Sequence record: MK568540.2
Reading direction: 5' to 3' (one strand)
Length of the DNA: 64,000 bases
Shown here one piece after another: positions 7,630 to 16,985 of this stretch. The notes beneath the pieces are model-generated. The model had not been told where the DNA came from. It saw only the letters and a program-made list of their open reading frames with translations, and searched no databases. The position numbers and the translations under genes are program-made. Position 1 is the first letter of the stretch. Every line of letters begins with the position of its first letter.

Positions 7630-7678
7630 TGCATGAACACCATCTTTAATACCATACCAGTATTTAGATGTTCATGCA
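7630..7678 (-). promoter_or_regulatory. RBS-sequestering hairpin with an internal late promoter
   Basis: TGCATGAACA/TGTTCATGCA arms with inner pairing; CTAAATA at 7661-7667 in the 5' arm; 3' arm ends 2 nt before the ATG. Confidence 0.75.
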
Positions 7679-7691
7679 GATAGACTACCAC

Positions 7692-8216
7692 TTAGAAGTC
7701 GTAACTTACCTCTTTGGACTCACGACGTTTGTCAAGAAGTTGTCGCAGATCAGTTAAACGAATCATCGGCTGACCGATGTTACGCTGCAAGTTATCACAA
7801 CAAACGTTCACGTAACGATAGTCATCAATCGTTGCGTAATGCACGTGCCCGTGAATGCTGAAATGACCACGCAGTTCATCGGGGTGTAATGGAAAATGAC
7901 TCAACCAACCCAACTTTTTGTACTTTTCACAACCGCGAATCACGTCAAACGCACGCATGTAGCTTGAAACAGGAAGATCGTCATGATTCCCGCCATATTG
8001 TACTTTACGACCCGGTAAACCAGCAAGAATTCCAACAGCTTCTTCAGTAAATGCAGTATCACCAAGCATAATCACAGTGTCACGCTTGCGAACGTTCTTC
8101 AACCAGAAGTCAACAATCCAGTCGGTATTCGCTTGAGTGTCTTCAATGTCATCCCGAAACTTACCAATATTTTTGTGACCTAAATGCAGATCACTTGTAA
8201 TCCAAACACAACTCAT
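7692..8216 (-). CDS. calcineurin-like metallophosphoesterase
   Basis: SDLHLGH, LGD, GNHD, HFP, HGHVH motifs. Confidence 0.93.
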   Translation of the reverse strand: MSCVWITSDLHLGHKNIGKFRDDIEDTQANTDWIVDFWLKNVRKRDTVIMLGDTAFTEEAVGILAGLPGRKVQYGGNHDDLPVSSYMRAFDVIRGCEKYKKLGWLSHFPLHPDELRGHFSIHGHVHYATIDDYRYVNVCCDNLQRNIGQPMIRLTDLRQLLDKRRESKEVSYDF

Positions 8217-8692
8217 TAATTTCTCTCTTTATCAATAACCATTTCATCATTTACCCGAACGTACAAGATTTGATTATCAGAGCCGCGCCACGCTTTCTGC
8301 GTTGGTTGATGTCTCTTGTATCGTCCGTCAATGAAAACATCAATATAATTCATTATCTCTAAATGATAAACATGAGATAATTTGTAACCGCTCCACAACC
8401 AAATGTCTTTATCGGGATATCGCTCTTTCACTGATTTACAAATACGCAATATTTCGTCGCGATTGCTCGGGTGCAACGGGTCACCTCCTGAAAGACTCAG
8501 CCCATCGTGCTGCTCTAAGCTCGTCAAAACGTCTCTAAGCGTTTCTTCAGTGAAATCGATACCATCGTTCGAGTCCCACGTAGATTCGTTGTAGCAGCCC
8601 TTACAGCGATGCTCACAACCAGAAACGAAGATGCTCAATCGAACACCTTCGCCGTTTGCAAAATCAAATTCGTTAATCTTCTGATACTTCAC
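8216..8692 (-). CDS. nrdG: anaerobic ribonucleotide reductase activase (radical SAM)
   Basis: NGEGVR.SIFVSGCEHRCKGCYN, LSGGDPL, DVFIDG.Y, RGSDNQ. Confidence 0.97.
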   Translation of the reverse strand: MKYQKINEFDFANGEGVRLSIFVSGCEHRCKGCYNESTWDSNDGIDFTEETLRDVLTSLEQHDGLSLSGGDPLHPSNRDEILRICKSVKERYPDKDIWLWSGYKLSHVYHLEIMNYIDVFIDGRYKRHQPTQKAWRGSDNQILYVRVNDEMVIDKERN

Positions 8693-9275
8693 TTACCTGC
8701 CATCCCGCAAAAACATCAATATTGAGGCGACAAGATTTTTTGATACCATCATTCGATACATGAACAATATTTTTGTTCATAGCTTCGCGTCGAGAAAATG
8801 TAAACGGTACATCATCTGCAACAACTGTGATGAAATCATCATTACAAAACACAACTGTTGCTTCTTCTTGTCTCGGCTCGAATTGACAGTTCAAGTATAC
8901 GTCAATCGTGTCACCTTCGTTGATACGAACATATTCCATCTTCGTTTCAATCGTTTCTTTATTGTATGACAGCACACCGTCGTGATTAAACAATTCTTGA
9001 AACGTTTCTCGTTCTTCAAAACGTGAAATGATACCAAAGCTAGAATTATCGCTGACTCGACTGCCTTGAACAATAAACGTCAAAGAACTCATATAATCAT
9101 ACAAAACACAGTCGCCAGTTTCGTCTTGATATATAAATCGAGCATCTATAGTATCACTCGCACTTAAACTCAAGCTGCTACTACTCATAGGTTCGACGTA
9201 TACTCTAACATCTTTACCAATTTCTAAAGCTGTCGGCGTGTATGTAGGTATTCTTCGTTCTTTTTGCGTAAACAT
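8673..9275 (-). CDS. hypothetical protein
   Basis: 200-aa beta-rich ORF coupled to its neighbours. Confidence 0.75.
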   Translation of the reverse strand: MFTQKERRIPTYTPTALEIGKDVRVYVEPMSSSSLSLSASDTIDARFIYQDETGDCVLYDYMSSLTFIVQGSRVSDNSSFGIISRFEERETFQELFNHDGVLSYNKETIETKMEYVRINEGDTIDVYLNCQFEPRQEEATVVFCNDDFITVVADDVPFTFSRREAMNKNIVHVSNDGIKKSCRLNIDVFAGWQVSEVSED

Positions 9276-9276
9276 T

Positions 9277-9693
9277 TTAAAACTCCCAATTTATTTTAGA
9301 CGTGTGACCATGTACTAACGTCCAACAGCCGCCCCGAACCCATTGACCAGACAACTTACGGCGATAGTATTTGCCACCCGTTGATGTCGTGATCATCTTC
9401 ATTGTTTTTGAAATCTTCGTGATTACACCGTCGGGATGACTGTCACCATTGAAACAATAGCTAACTGAATCACCTACACGTGGCTTTTTGATAATGTCAA
9501 AGCGCGGCAAGCAACCTGAACCTGCGTCCACAACCATGTATAGATCTTGGTCGAGCATGTTGCAGACTTCAGTAACTCGCTCTAATGTTTTCCAATCTCT
9601 ACGAGATTCAACAGTGTGACCCTCTTGGCGCCACTGTTCAGCTACTGAGTGTTCGTCGATAACGCTGCAAGTTGTCAAGTTGATGTATAGCAT
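9277..9693 (-). CDS. hypothetical early protein
   Basis: 138 aa, GAGAG RBS, directly downstream of an early promoter. Confidence 0.8.
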   Translation of the reverse strand: MLYINLTTCSVIDEHSVAEQWRQEGHTVESRRDWKTLERVTEVCNMLDQDLYMVVDAGSGCLPRFDIIKKPRVGDSVSYCFNGDSHPDGVITKISKTMKMITTSTGGKYYRRKLSGQWVRGGCWTLVHGHTSKINWEF

Positions 9694-9738
9694 ATAATGT
9701 TTCTCTCTCTGTTAGTCGATGTCGTCTCGATGAAGTTA

Positions 9739-9767
9739 ATATTACGCACTTATGATTCGTGTTGCAA
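9739..9767 (-). promoter_or_regulatory. early sigma70-type promoter
   Basis: TTGCAA-17-TAATAT with upstream A-tract. Confidence 0.8.
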
Positions 9768-9789
9768 CCTTTTTCTTCGTCAAAAAAAC

Positions 9790-9813
9790 AAAAAAAGCGC
9801 CCGAAGGCGCTTT
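9790..9813 (-). terminator. intrinsic terminator after nrdD
   Basis: AAAGCGCC-TTCG-GGCGCTTTTTT, C(UUCG)G loop. Confidence 0.9.
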
Positions 9814-9814
9814 C

Positions 9815-11650
9815 TTAACAGTGTTTAACTCGATTTTGCATTTCGACAGTCTTGCCGTGATTCCACCCACGAGCACCCGGGTTACCGAGATAACCGCAGA
9901 CACGTCTCGTTACATTGAGCTTTTCAGGGTCGCGTTCACCACAAACAGGACAAGAATAACCCAGCGAATCACCATGAGCTTCACCAGACCAACCACACGT
10001 ACACTGATCAATCGGGGTATTCGTACCGAAGTAAGCTACTTTAGTGTAAGCATAATCCCATACGCGCTCTAGACCTTTGATGTTATCTCGCATATTCGGG
10101 AACTCAGCATAACAGATGAAACCACCGTTTGCATGAATTGGGTATGCAGCTTCAAAATCAATTTTCTCAAATGGGTTAACTTTCTTGAACACGTCTAAGT
10201 GAAACGAGTTTGTGTAATAGTCTTTGTCATTGATACCTGTAATGACACCGTATTTCTCTTGATCGAGACGACAGAAACGATCACACAGCGATTCACTTGG
10301 TGTACTGTACAGACTGAAACCGTAGCCCGTCAGTTCTTTCCATGCATCGGTGTACGCTCTAAGAGTTTCCACAATCTTTTCAGCGAGGAATTGTTTGTGC
10401 TGTGACTCAAACGTATGCATGTCTTTATCTGGCGAAAGCAACGTTACTGCTTCGTGTAACCCGATATAACCAAGCGAGATACTTGAACGACCGTGTTTGA
10501 AAACTTCACTGACTTTATCAGTTGGCTTCAAGCGCACGCCCATTGCACCTTCACAGTATAGAATCGGAGCAACTGATGCAGTTACATCATCAAAACGCTT
10601 AATACGCAACATCAATGCTTCGTAAGCTAGTGTACAACGCTCGTGTAAGATCTCGAAGAAGCGTTCAGTATCACCCGATGCTTCAATAGCAATACGCGGG
10701 ATATTGATTGAGACGACGCCTAAGTTATTACGACCATCGAATACCGTTTCACCATCTTCGTTCTTCCAGTCACCCAAGAATGAGCGACAGCCCATTGGAG
10801 ACTTAAACCCACCAGTCGTTTCAACTAGTTTGTCATAGTTCAAAATGTCTGGGTACATACGCTTACTTGCACATTCAAGAGCTAACTTTTTGATGCCGTA
10901 GCACGGGTCGCCTTCTTTTAGGTTCACGCCGTCTCTCAATGTGAAAACAAGCTTAGGGAAAATAGCAGTTTTCTTAGTCTTACCTAGACCTGCAATACGA
11001 TTCTGAAGAATACTTTTTTGAATAAGTTTTTCTTCCCACGACGTACCTAACCCGAAGTTGATTGTCGTGAATGGTGTCTGACCGTTTGAAGTCTGCATCG
11101 TATTGACTTGATATTCAAACGTCTGGAATGCATCGAACGTTTCCTTTTCAACACGCTTTCGTGCAAAGATAGCAGCTTTAGAATCAGAGTCGGGATGTTC
11201 TTCGCGACCTACTTCGAGCCATTTATAATATGACTTACGAACATAAGGTGCTAGGACTTCGTCGATTCTATTGATCGTGTTACCGCCGTAGATATGGCTA
11301 CTTACTTGCTGAATAATCTGAGTTACAACAGTGGCAGCAGTGCTAATACTGTTTGGTTCTTCGATTTCAGCATTACCCATTTTGAAACCGCCTTCAAACA
11401 TGCCTTTGATATCAATAAGCATACAGTTGAATTGCGGGAATAATGGGCTGTAGTCAAGGTCATGAAAATGAATATCGCCGTCGATATGTGCATCTGCAAT
11501 ATGCTTCGGTAGATAGTCTTCAAGTGCGTAATGTTTCGACACTGTGCCAGCTACTAAGTCACGCATTGTAGGGATTACTTTCGAATCTTTATTTGCATTC
11601 TCTTTGTTGTTACCCGAACCGCTAACAATGTCTAAAATGTCGTGTTTCAT
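9815..11650 (-). CDS. nrdD: anaerobic (class III) ribonucleoside-triphosphate reductase
   Basis: IHFHDLDY, PMGCRSFL, YSTPSESLCDRF, CxC...CPVCG, RRVCGYLG glycyl-radical motif. Confidence 0.98.
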   Translation of the reverse strand: MKHDILDIVSGSGNNKENANKDSKVIPTMRDLVAGTVSKHYALEDYLPKHIADAHIDGDIHFHDLDYSPLFPQFNCMLIDIKGMFEGGFKMGNAEIEEPNSISTAATVVTQIIQQVSSHIYGGNTINRIDEVLAPYVRKSYYKWLEVGREEHPDSDSKAAIFARKRVEKETFDAFQTFEYQVNTMQTSNGQTPFTTINFGLGTSWEEKLIQKSILQNRIAGLGKTKKTAIFPKLVFTLRDGVNLKEGDPCYGIKKLALECASKRMYPDILNYDKLVETTGGFKSPMGCRSFLGDWKNEDGETVFDGRNNLGVVSINIPRIAIEASGDTERFFEILHERCTLAYEALMLRIKRFDDVTASVAPILYCEGAMGVRLKPTDKVSEVFKHGRSSISLGYIGLHEAVTLLSPDKDMHTFESQHKQFLAEKIVETLRAYTDAWKELTGYGFSLYSTPSESLCDRFCRLDQEKYGVITGINDKDYYTNSFHLDVFKKVNPFEKIDFEAAYPIHANGGFICYAEFPNMRDNIKGLERVWDYAYTKVAYFGTNTPIDQCTCGWSGEAHGDSLGYSCPVCGERDPEKLNVTRRVCGYLGNPGARGWNHGKTVEMQNRVKHC

Positions 11651-11896
11651 TCATTCCTCTTCTAACAATTTGTCGATGCGAGATAAGACGCTCACACCCT
11701 CGCCTAGACATTCGCCATTGTAAAACGCTATTGGGTGGGCAATATAACCATCATCTTCAGCGATTTTCTGAAGTTCTTTATAGCGTTCACTAGGAACAAA
11801 TGCGTCATAAAAAATATGTTTAATGTTTCTATCATTTAGCGAGTCGCACAACTTGCGACAAGCTAAACAATATTTTGACCCGATAATCTCTACCAA
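11651..11896 (-). CDS. glutaredoxin (NrdH/NrdC-like)
   Basis: YCLAC CxxC near the N-terminus, P-I...GE..G C-terminal motif, adjacent to nrdD. Confidence 0.8.
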   Translation of the reverse strand: MVEIIGSKYCLACRKLCDSLNDRNIKHIFYDAFVPSERYKELQKIAEDDGYIAHPIAFYNGECLGEGVSVLSRIDKLLEEE

Positions 11897-13290
11897 TTTA
11901 CCGCCTCTGCTTTCTGCGTCTGTTCTTTCTTCTGCGCGAAAGGAGTCGCCGATTGCGTTTGAGATTGAGCAGGCGCCGTATAACTCGCAGTACCATCTAC
12001 ATCACCCCAACGTTGTTTACCTTTGTTAACAGCAATCATAAATGTCTGGTCTTGGTTACGGTCAGCATAACGAGACTTAATCTGTTTCACTCGTTGTTGC
12101 CCGAGCGCGACAGTTTCTTCAGTTTCCATAATACCGAGAATCAAGTCAGCAGTATGAGCAAGACCAGCCGATTCAGCAATATCACCCATTCCCATGTCAC
12201 TTGCATCCCATGCGTTACGTGTAGTCTGAGCAGCAGACCAAACAGCAACGTTATGTTCAACAGCAAAACCACGAATTTCTTCAGCAATAGCTTTAACGTG
12301 AACGTATGTATTTTCTGAACTTGCAACACGTGAACTTGCACAGATACCAAGATAATCGACAATCACAATGTCTGGGATTACGTCTTTCTTGGTGCGAAGC
12401 TCATTCATCAACGTATTGAAGTGAGTTACATTCGCGCCCGCAGTCGGGAACTGTTTAATGAATAATTTACCTTGAGTTTTCTTCTCAAGATTCTGAATCT
12501 TAGTGCCGTATGTTTTTTCAGTAATAGTATCGAAATCGTCCATACTGATGTCCATTAAGTTGGCATCAATACGCTTCGACACTGCCGCTTCACTCATTTC
12601 CATACTGATGTATAGAACGTTGTAGCCTTGTAGAAGATACTCAGTTGCTAAATGACACAACGCAAGTGATTTACCCACGTTAGAACCCGCTAGAAGTAGG
12701 TTCAGAGTACTTCTTTCAACACCACCTTGAGTGATCTTGTTTAAAATGTTCATTTTGAATGGGATTTTTGCTGCTTTCTCGATATACGATTTGTATCGAG
12801 GTTCCCAATCTGCAAAATAATCATGACCAACTGATGTGTCAAAACAAACGTTCAATGCATCACGCATCAAATCGGGAATCGCACCAAGCGTTTTCATTCG
12901 TTTGTTTTGTTGATCAAGTGGTTTAGCTGCATTCTCTTGAATAGCAAGTGATTCACTAAGCGCGTTAAAAACGCTCTGTTCGATACAGAACTGTTCAGTC
13001 GTGTCAATCAACCATCTCAGGTCGTGACTCGGGTGAGGTTCTAGTTCATTTATTGTTTGTTGTATCTCTGCATAGTCGTATTCACTAATCCCCGTCAATG
13101 ACTCAAGACATACTTTCAAAACTTCAGGTGTCGCACGACGTTTGTACTCGTCTGCGTGGTTCTTAATCATCATAAAGATATGCTGATGAGCAGTTGACTG
13201 AAAGTATTCTTTTTTCAAGTGAGGGATTACGGTAGCAAAGTACTCTTGATTTTCGATAAGATTTGAGAAAATCGACTTCTCGATTTGCAT
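11890..13290 (-). CDS. 41: replicative DNA helicase
   Basis: AGSNVGKS Walker A, YISMEM, IVIVDYLGI, SAAQTTR, KSRY. Confidence 0.97.
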   Translation of the reverse strand: MQIEKSIFSNLIENQEYFATVIPHLKKEYFQSTAHQHIFMMIKNHADEYKRRATPEVLKVCLESLTGISEYDYAEIQQTINELEPHPSHDLRWLIDTTEQFCIEQSVFNALSESLAIQENAAKPLDQQNKRMKTLGAIPDLMRDALNVCFDTSVGHDYFADWEPRYKSYIEKAAKIPFKMNILNKITQGGVERSTLNLLLAGSNVGKSLALCHLATEYLLQGYNVLYISMEMSEAAVSKRIDANLMDISMDDFDTITEKTYGTKIQNLEKKTQGKLFIKQFPTAGANVTHFNTLMNELRTKKDVIPDIVIVDYLGICASSRVASSENTYVHVKAIAEEIRGFAVEHNVAVWSAAQTTRNAWDASDMGMGDIAESAGLAHTADLILGIMETEETVALGQQRVKQIKSRYADRNQDQTFMIAVNKGKQRWGDVDGTASYTAPAQSQTQSATPFAQKKEQTQKAEAVNW

Positions 13291-13529
13291 TGTTCTTTTA
13301 CCCCATTCTTGTTCTGTTCTTCACGAATAAGTTTCATAATACACGCCTCAACATGCGGACGAATTTGTTCTTCTTTGTCTGGATGTTGAGTTACAAATTC
13401 AATTTTGAGTCTGCCGCTATTATCTACTAGAATGTCAGTAATATAAACTTCAATATCGTCAATCATTATACTAAATTTCACGCGCTCTTGAAGCTCGGTT
13501 AGCATTTCTGTTACTTGGTTCGGAGTCAT
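13227..13529 (-). CDS. 40: head vertex assembly chaperone
   Basis: Position between uvsX and 41; I...D..VYIT..., PHVEACIMKLI resembles gp40; start chosen at MTPNQ, downstream of the terminator. Confidence 0.75.
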   Translation of the reverse strand: MTPNQVTEMLTELQERVKFSIMIDDIEVYITDILVDNSGRLKIEFVTQHPDKEEQIRPHVEACIMKLIREEQNKNGVKEQCKSRSRFSQILSKIKSTLLP

Positions 13530-13551
13530 ACGATTCGTCCCGTCTAAGGTG

Positions 13552-13576
13552 AAAAAGACCCGCAATTAAGCGGGCC
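13552..13576 (-). terminator. intrinsic terminator after uvsX
   Basis: GGCCCGC-TTAATT-GCGGGTC-TTTTT. Confidence 0.8.
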
Positions 13577-13583
13577 AGTATCG

Positions 13584-14684
13584 TTAATCGAATAAGCTAT
13601 CGATTTCATCATTCAATTCAGACTCGTCTAACTGACCTAAGCAGTAAAGTCGTTTCACGCCTTCTTTGAAAGTCGGTGAATTGATGATGTCTTTCCAGAA
13701 AGAAAGCGTTTGTGTTTCTTTCGCTCGATATTTCTTTTCTTCGACGATCATTTCGCCAGTTTCTTCATCAACAGTTGCACGTTGATACCAACCATTAGAT
13801 GGTTTAACAACATGACCGGTTTGAAGTGCAATATCAAGTAGACCAGAGAACATATCGATACCGTTTTCGTATGTAACTGTCAACGGAACTTTCATCTTCT
13901 CTTTCACGAAACGTGATTTCTCGATATTCATAATGAAGTGATAGCCGACAATCTCTTTGCCGTCTTTTTCTTGCTGTTTACCGAGAATGATTACCGTATC
14001 AGCAGAGTACATGATACCCGTACCACCAGACATGACAGTTTTAGAGTACATTTCTTGAGTTTGATACGTGTGGTTGATCGCGATACAAGGAATATCGAGC
14101 ATTGTGAAATATGGTGTGATGATACGGAACAATGATTTCAATTGTTTCGCACGAGACATATCAGCAACTGACTTTTCGTTTTGCGCGTCATCGATTTCTT
14201 TTGCAGAAGCAACGTTACCTACCGAGTCAATAAAGAAAATTACGCGGTCTGGTTCGTCACCCGCTTTCTTAGCTCGCTTACGTTCTGCAAGGTCTTTAAG
14301 CTGATTCGCCATTTCGAATTTCATACGCTCAACGCTCTCACATTGTATATGAAGAACACGGTCTGGGTCAACACCTTGTGAGCGCAAATAAGACGGTGTG
14401 ATACCGAATTCTGTATCAATGAATACACAAATTGCCTCAGGGTATTTCTTCAAGTAAGCAGCTACGCCAACTAGACCCAAGTTCGATTTAAAGTGCTTTG
14501 ACGGTCCCGCTAGTACTGTCAACCCAGAAGTTAAACCACCATCTACTTCACCACTAAAAGCAATGTTAATCGCAGGCACGTAAGTACGTGTATGATCTTT
14601 TTCGAACATAAACTGACTTTCTGATAACACTTGCGCGTAACCAGATGTGCTTGATTTTTTCAACGATTTCATTAAATCTGACAT
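13584..14684 (-). CDS. uvsX: RecA-like recombinase
   Basis: AGPSKHFKS, DTEFG, IDSVGN, INHTY, SGGTGIMYSAD. Confidence 0.97.
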   Translation of the reverse strand: MSDLMKSLKKSSTSGYAQVLSESQFMFEKDHTRTYVPAINIAFSGEVDGGLTSGLTVLAGPSKHFKSNLGLVGVAAYLKKYPEAICVFIDTEFGITPSYLRSQGVDPDRVLHIQCESVERMKFEMANQLKDLAERKRAKKAGDEPDRVIFFIDSVGNVASAKEIDDAQNEKSVADMSRAKQLKSLFRIITPYFTMLDIPCIAINHTYQTQEMYSKTVMSGGTGIMYSADTVIILGKQQEKDGKEIVGYHFIMNIEKSRFVKEKMKVPLTVTYENGIDMFSGLLDIALQTGHVVKPSNGWYQRATVDEETGEMIVEEKKYRAKETQTLSFWKDIINSPTFKEGVKRLYCLGQLDESELNDEIDSLFD

Positions 14685-14705
14685 TATTTTACCTTCTAAC
14701 TAAGA

Positions 14706-14727
14706 AAGGAGCAGCAAAATGCTACCC
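14706..14727 (-). terminator. probable terminator after the ClpP-like gene
   Basis: Imperfect stem AAGGGGTAGC-ATTTT-GCTGCTCCTT followed by TC. Confidence 0.5.
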
Positions 14728-14750
14728 CTTAAATTACAACTGAGATTAAA

Positions 14751-15467
14751 TTAAGCTTTCTTTGCAGCACGCTTGCGTTTTGGCTTTACGGGCTCATCTT
14801 CAACTTCTTCATCTTCAGGGTCGACCTTTAGTTTGCGAAGCTCTTCAGCTACGCGCTCTTGAATCTGTTCTTCAAGTTGAGATTCAATGTCACCTGCAAG
14901 TTGAGCTTCAGCTTCTTTCATTTCATCTTCGAACTTCTTCGACATTTCTTGAAGACGTTCTGTAACCTCTTCTGGCGTCAGCCATAAGTCTTGGTTATGG
15001 TTGATGATTTCGTCGATCTCGTCAGCATCAAAGAACGGTTCATAAAGAAGACCACATACGCGGTTTAAATGCTCTTCGTGAGATTTAGCTTGTTTCAACG
15101 TGTCTGGCATTTTACCAATTTGACCGCCGCTCGATGTATGGAACATGAACGTTGCAAATGGGGATACGTGCCAACCATTACAAGCTAAGAAAATCATTGT
15201 ACCTGCGCTGCACACTTCACCCTCTGCGCACGCGATGACTGCACCTGCTTTAGATTGCATAATTGCATCACAAATTTGACATGCAGCATAGAAGTTACCA
15301 CCAGGTGTATTCAAGTGCAAGTAAATCACGTCTGTTTCGGAAGCCGTATGCAGAATTTGAAGCATTTCTTCATAATCATTCGGCTCTTCAATCGCACCGT
15401 TGATGTAGAAATCATGACGTACAGAACCAGCCCCTGCGTACCATCCAATGTTATTTTTAAAAATCAT
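14751..15467 (-). CDS. clpP: ClpP-like serine protease with charged C-terminal tail
   Basis: LHLNTPGG, CSAGTMIF (Ser), FMFH (His), DLWLTPEE (Asp). Confidence 0.88.
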   Translation of the reverse strand: MIFKNNIGWYAGAGSVRHDFYINGAIEEPNDYEEMLQILHTASETDVIYLHLNTPGGNFYAACQICDAIMQSKAGAVIACAEGEVCSAGTMIFLACNGWHVSPFATFMFHTSSGGQIGKMPDTLKQAKSHEEHLNRVCGLLYEPFFDADEIDEIINHNQDLWLTPEEVTERLQEMSKKFEDEMKEAEAQLAGDIESQLEEQIQERVAEELRKLKVDPEDEEVEDEPVKPKRKRAAKKA

Positions 15468-16009
15468 AAGTCACCCTTTGTTAACTTTTCGATGAAAATC
15501 GTAGAGCCGTTCTGGCATTCGACGATCTCTGATTCCCCGTTGTGTGGGAAATACCAGAAAATTTTAGTTAAATCAATCGTAACGTCGTACGCTTCGATTT
15601 CATCAACGATTGTAGTTTTATATATGTGGTCTGCAAAAGGTAATGCAGACTCGATAACACTAGGGCCACCGATAACACTTATTTTATCAAAACCTTCTAT
15701 CAGATAAACATTTTCGATGTTCTTAATCAGGTCTTGAAAGGAGTCACACTTGCAGTAAACATCGGCTTTTTGACCGTTTTTTGCAGTCGCTGTATCGCTG
15801 CTACTGAGCACAACGTGCGGGCGGTCTGCTAGTTTACCGGGAAGTGATTCGAATGTCTTAGAGCCCATTACAAGCACGCTATTCATAGTAACTGCTTTAA
15901 ATCGAGCCAAGTCTTCTTTGTTATGTTTCCAAGGGAGTTTGTTTTGATTGCCGAAGGGCGCGTGCGGGGATTTACTCATACCGTGAGCGAAAACGATTTG
16001 AACTTTCAT
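15464..16009 (-). CDS. frd: dihydrofolate reductase
   Basis: FGNQNKLPW, EDLARFK, VMGSKTFESLPGKL..RPHVVLS, VIGG. Confidence 0.96.
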   Translation of the reverse strand: MKVQIVFAHGMSKSPHAPFGNQNKLPWKHNKEDLARFKAVTMNSVLVMGSKTFESLPGKLADRPHVVLSSSDTATAKNGQKADVYCKCDSFQDLIKNIENVYLIEGFDKISVIGGPSVIESALPFADHIYKTTIVDEIEAYDVTIDLTKIFWYFPHNGESEIVECQNGSTIFIEKLTKGDL

Positions 16010-16030
16010 TTAATCTCCTATAAAGAGAAC

Positions 16031-16052
16031 AAAGGGGCAATTAAGCCCCTTT
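16031..16052 (-). terminator. terminator after gene 32
   Basis: AAAGGGGC-TTAATT-GCCCCTTT. Confidence 0.8.
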
Positions 16053-16058
16053 AAATCA

Positions 16059-16985
16059 TTACTCGTCTAGCTCTAGGTCAGCTAGTAGTGCGTCTAGCTC
16101 GTCATCGACAGAATCAGTCACTGGCTCTTGTGAAGCAGGAGTGTCGTCAGTGTCGATAGTTGCGCTTGGTTTAGCAACTGTACGAGGTGCATTTGCTTGA
16201 GCAGGAGCACCAGTGTTCAGTTGAGCTTCAAGATTTTGAGCAGCCGTAGATGCTTTAGACTGAGCAGCGCCAGTCACTTGAAGAAAACGCTTCTGAAGGT
16301 CAGCTTCAGATTTAAACGCAGACGGTGCAATGATTGCGTTTAGGTCGTGCATTTGGTCCCAGACTTCTTTCAGTTTAGCTTCGTCACCGCCGTATAGCTC
16401 AGTGCTTGGGCCGAATTTAGAGTCGTCGTAGTTAGGGAAACCAGATACTTTCTTAGCTTTCAAGCTGAAGTTAGCACCATCGAATACACAAGTCACGTCC
16501 ATGCCCGGTACACCTAGATCTTCATCTGCTTGAGCAGCTTGAGTGATCTTGTCAAGAATTTTCTTACCGAAACGGTATTTAAAAACTTTGCCTTCATTTT
16601 CTGGTGCAGCTTCATCTTTGATTACAACGATGTTAGCCCAGTAAGAAAGAGTACGCTTGCGTTTACGTGCAATGTTTTGGTTATCTTCGTTTTCAGTTTT
16701 CCAAAGCTCGCCGTTAGCTTGGCAGCATGGACATGGAAGATCGATAGTCGAAGGACAGTTTTCGATGTACCAGTTACCGTTTTCTTTGAAACCGTGTGTG
16801 AAGATTTTTACAAATGGTAGGTCGTCTTCGCCTTTAGCAGGCAGGAAGCGAATCACCGCAGAACCATTACCAAGCTTGTCAGTAGAAAGTTTCCACTCGT
16901 CAGCATTGTCGAATGACTTTTTGCTTGACATTTGCTCTAGTTTTTCTTGAAGTTTTGCTGGAGATTTGCGTTTGAACATAGACAT
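16059..16985 (-). CDS. 32: single-stranded DNA-binding protein
   Basis: MFKRKSP, EWKL..DK.GNGSAVIRFLP, HGFK..G.WYIENC, acidic C-terminus. Confidence 0.98.
   Translation of the reverse strand: MSMFKRKSPAKLQEKLEQMSSKKSFDNADEWKLSTDKLGNGSAVIRFLPAKGEDDLPFVKIFTHGFKENGNWYIENCPSTIDLPCPCCQANGELWKTENEDNQNIARKRKRTLSYWANIVVIKDEAAPENEGKVFKYRFGKKILDKITQAAQADEDLGVPGMDVTCVFDGANFSLKAKKVSGFPNYDDSKFGPSTELYGGDEAKLKEVWDQMHDLNAIIAPSAFKSEADLQKRFLQVTGAAQSKASTAAQNLEAQLNTGAPAQANAPRTVAKPSATIDTDDTPASQEPVTDSVDDELDALLADLELDE

Noticed and set aside
111-11650. Group I introns or homing endonucleases in td and nrdD, as in T4
   Set aside because: Both genes are single uninterrupted ORFs of normal length, and no intron core or GIY-YIG/HNH ORF is seen inside them
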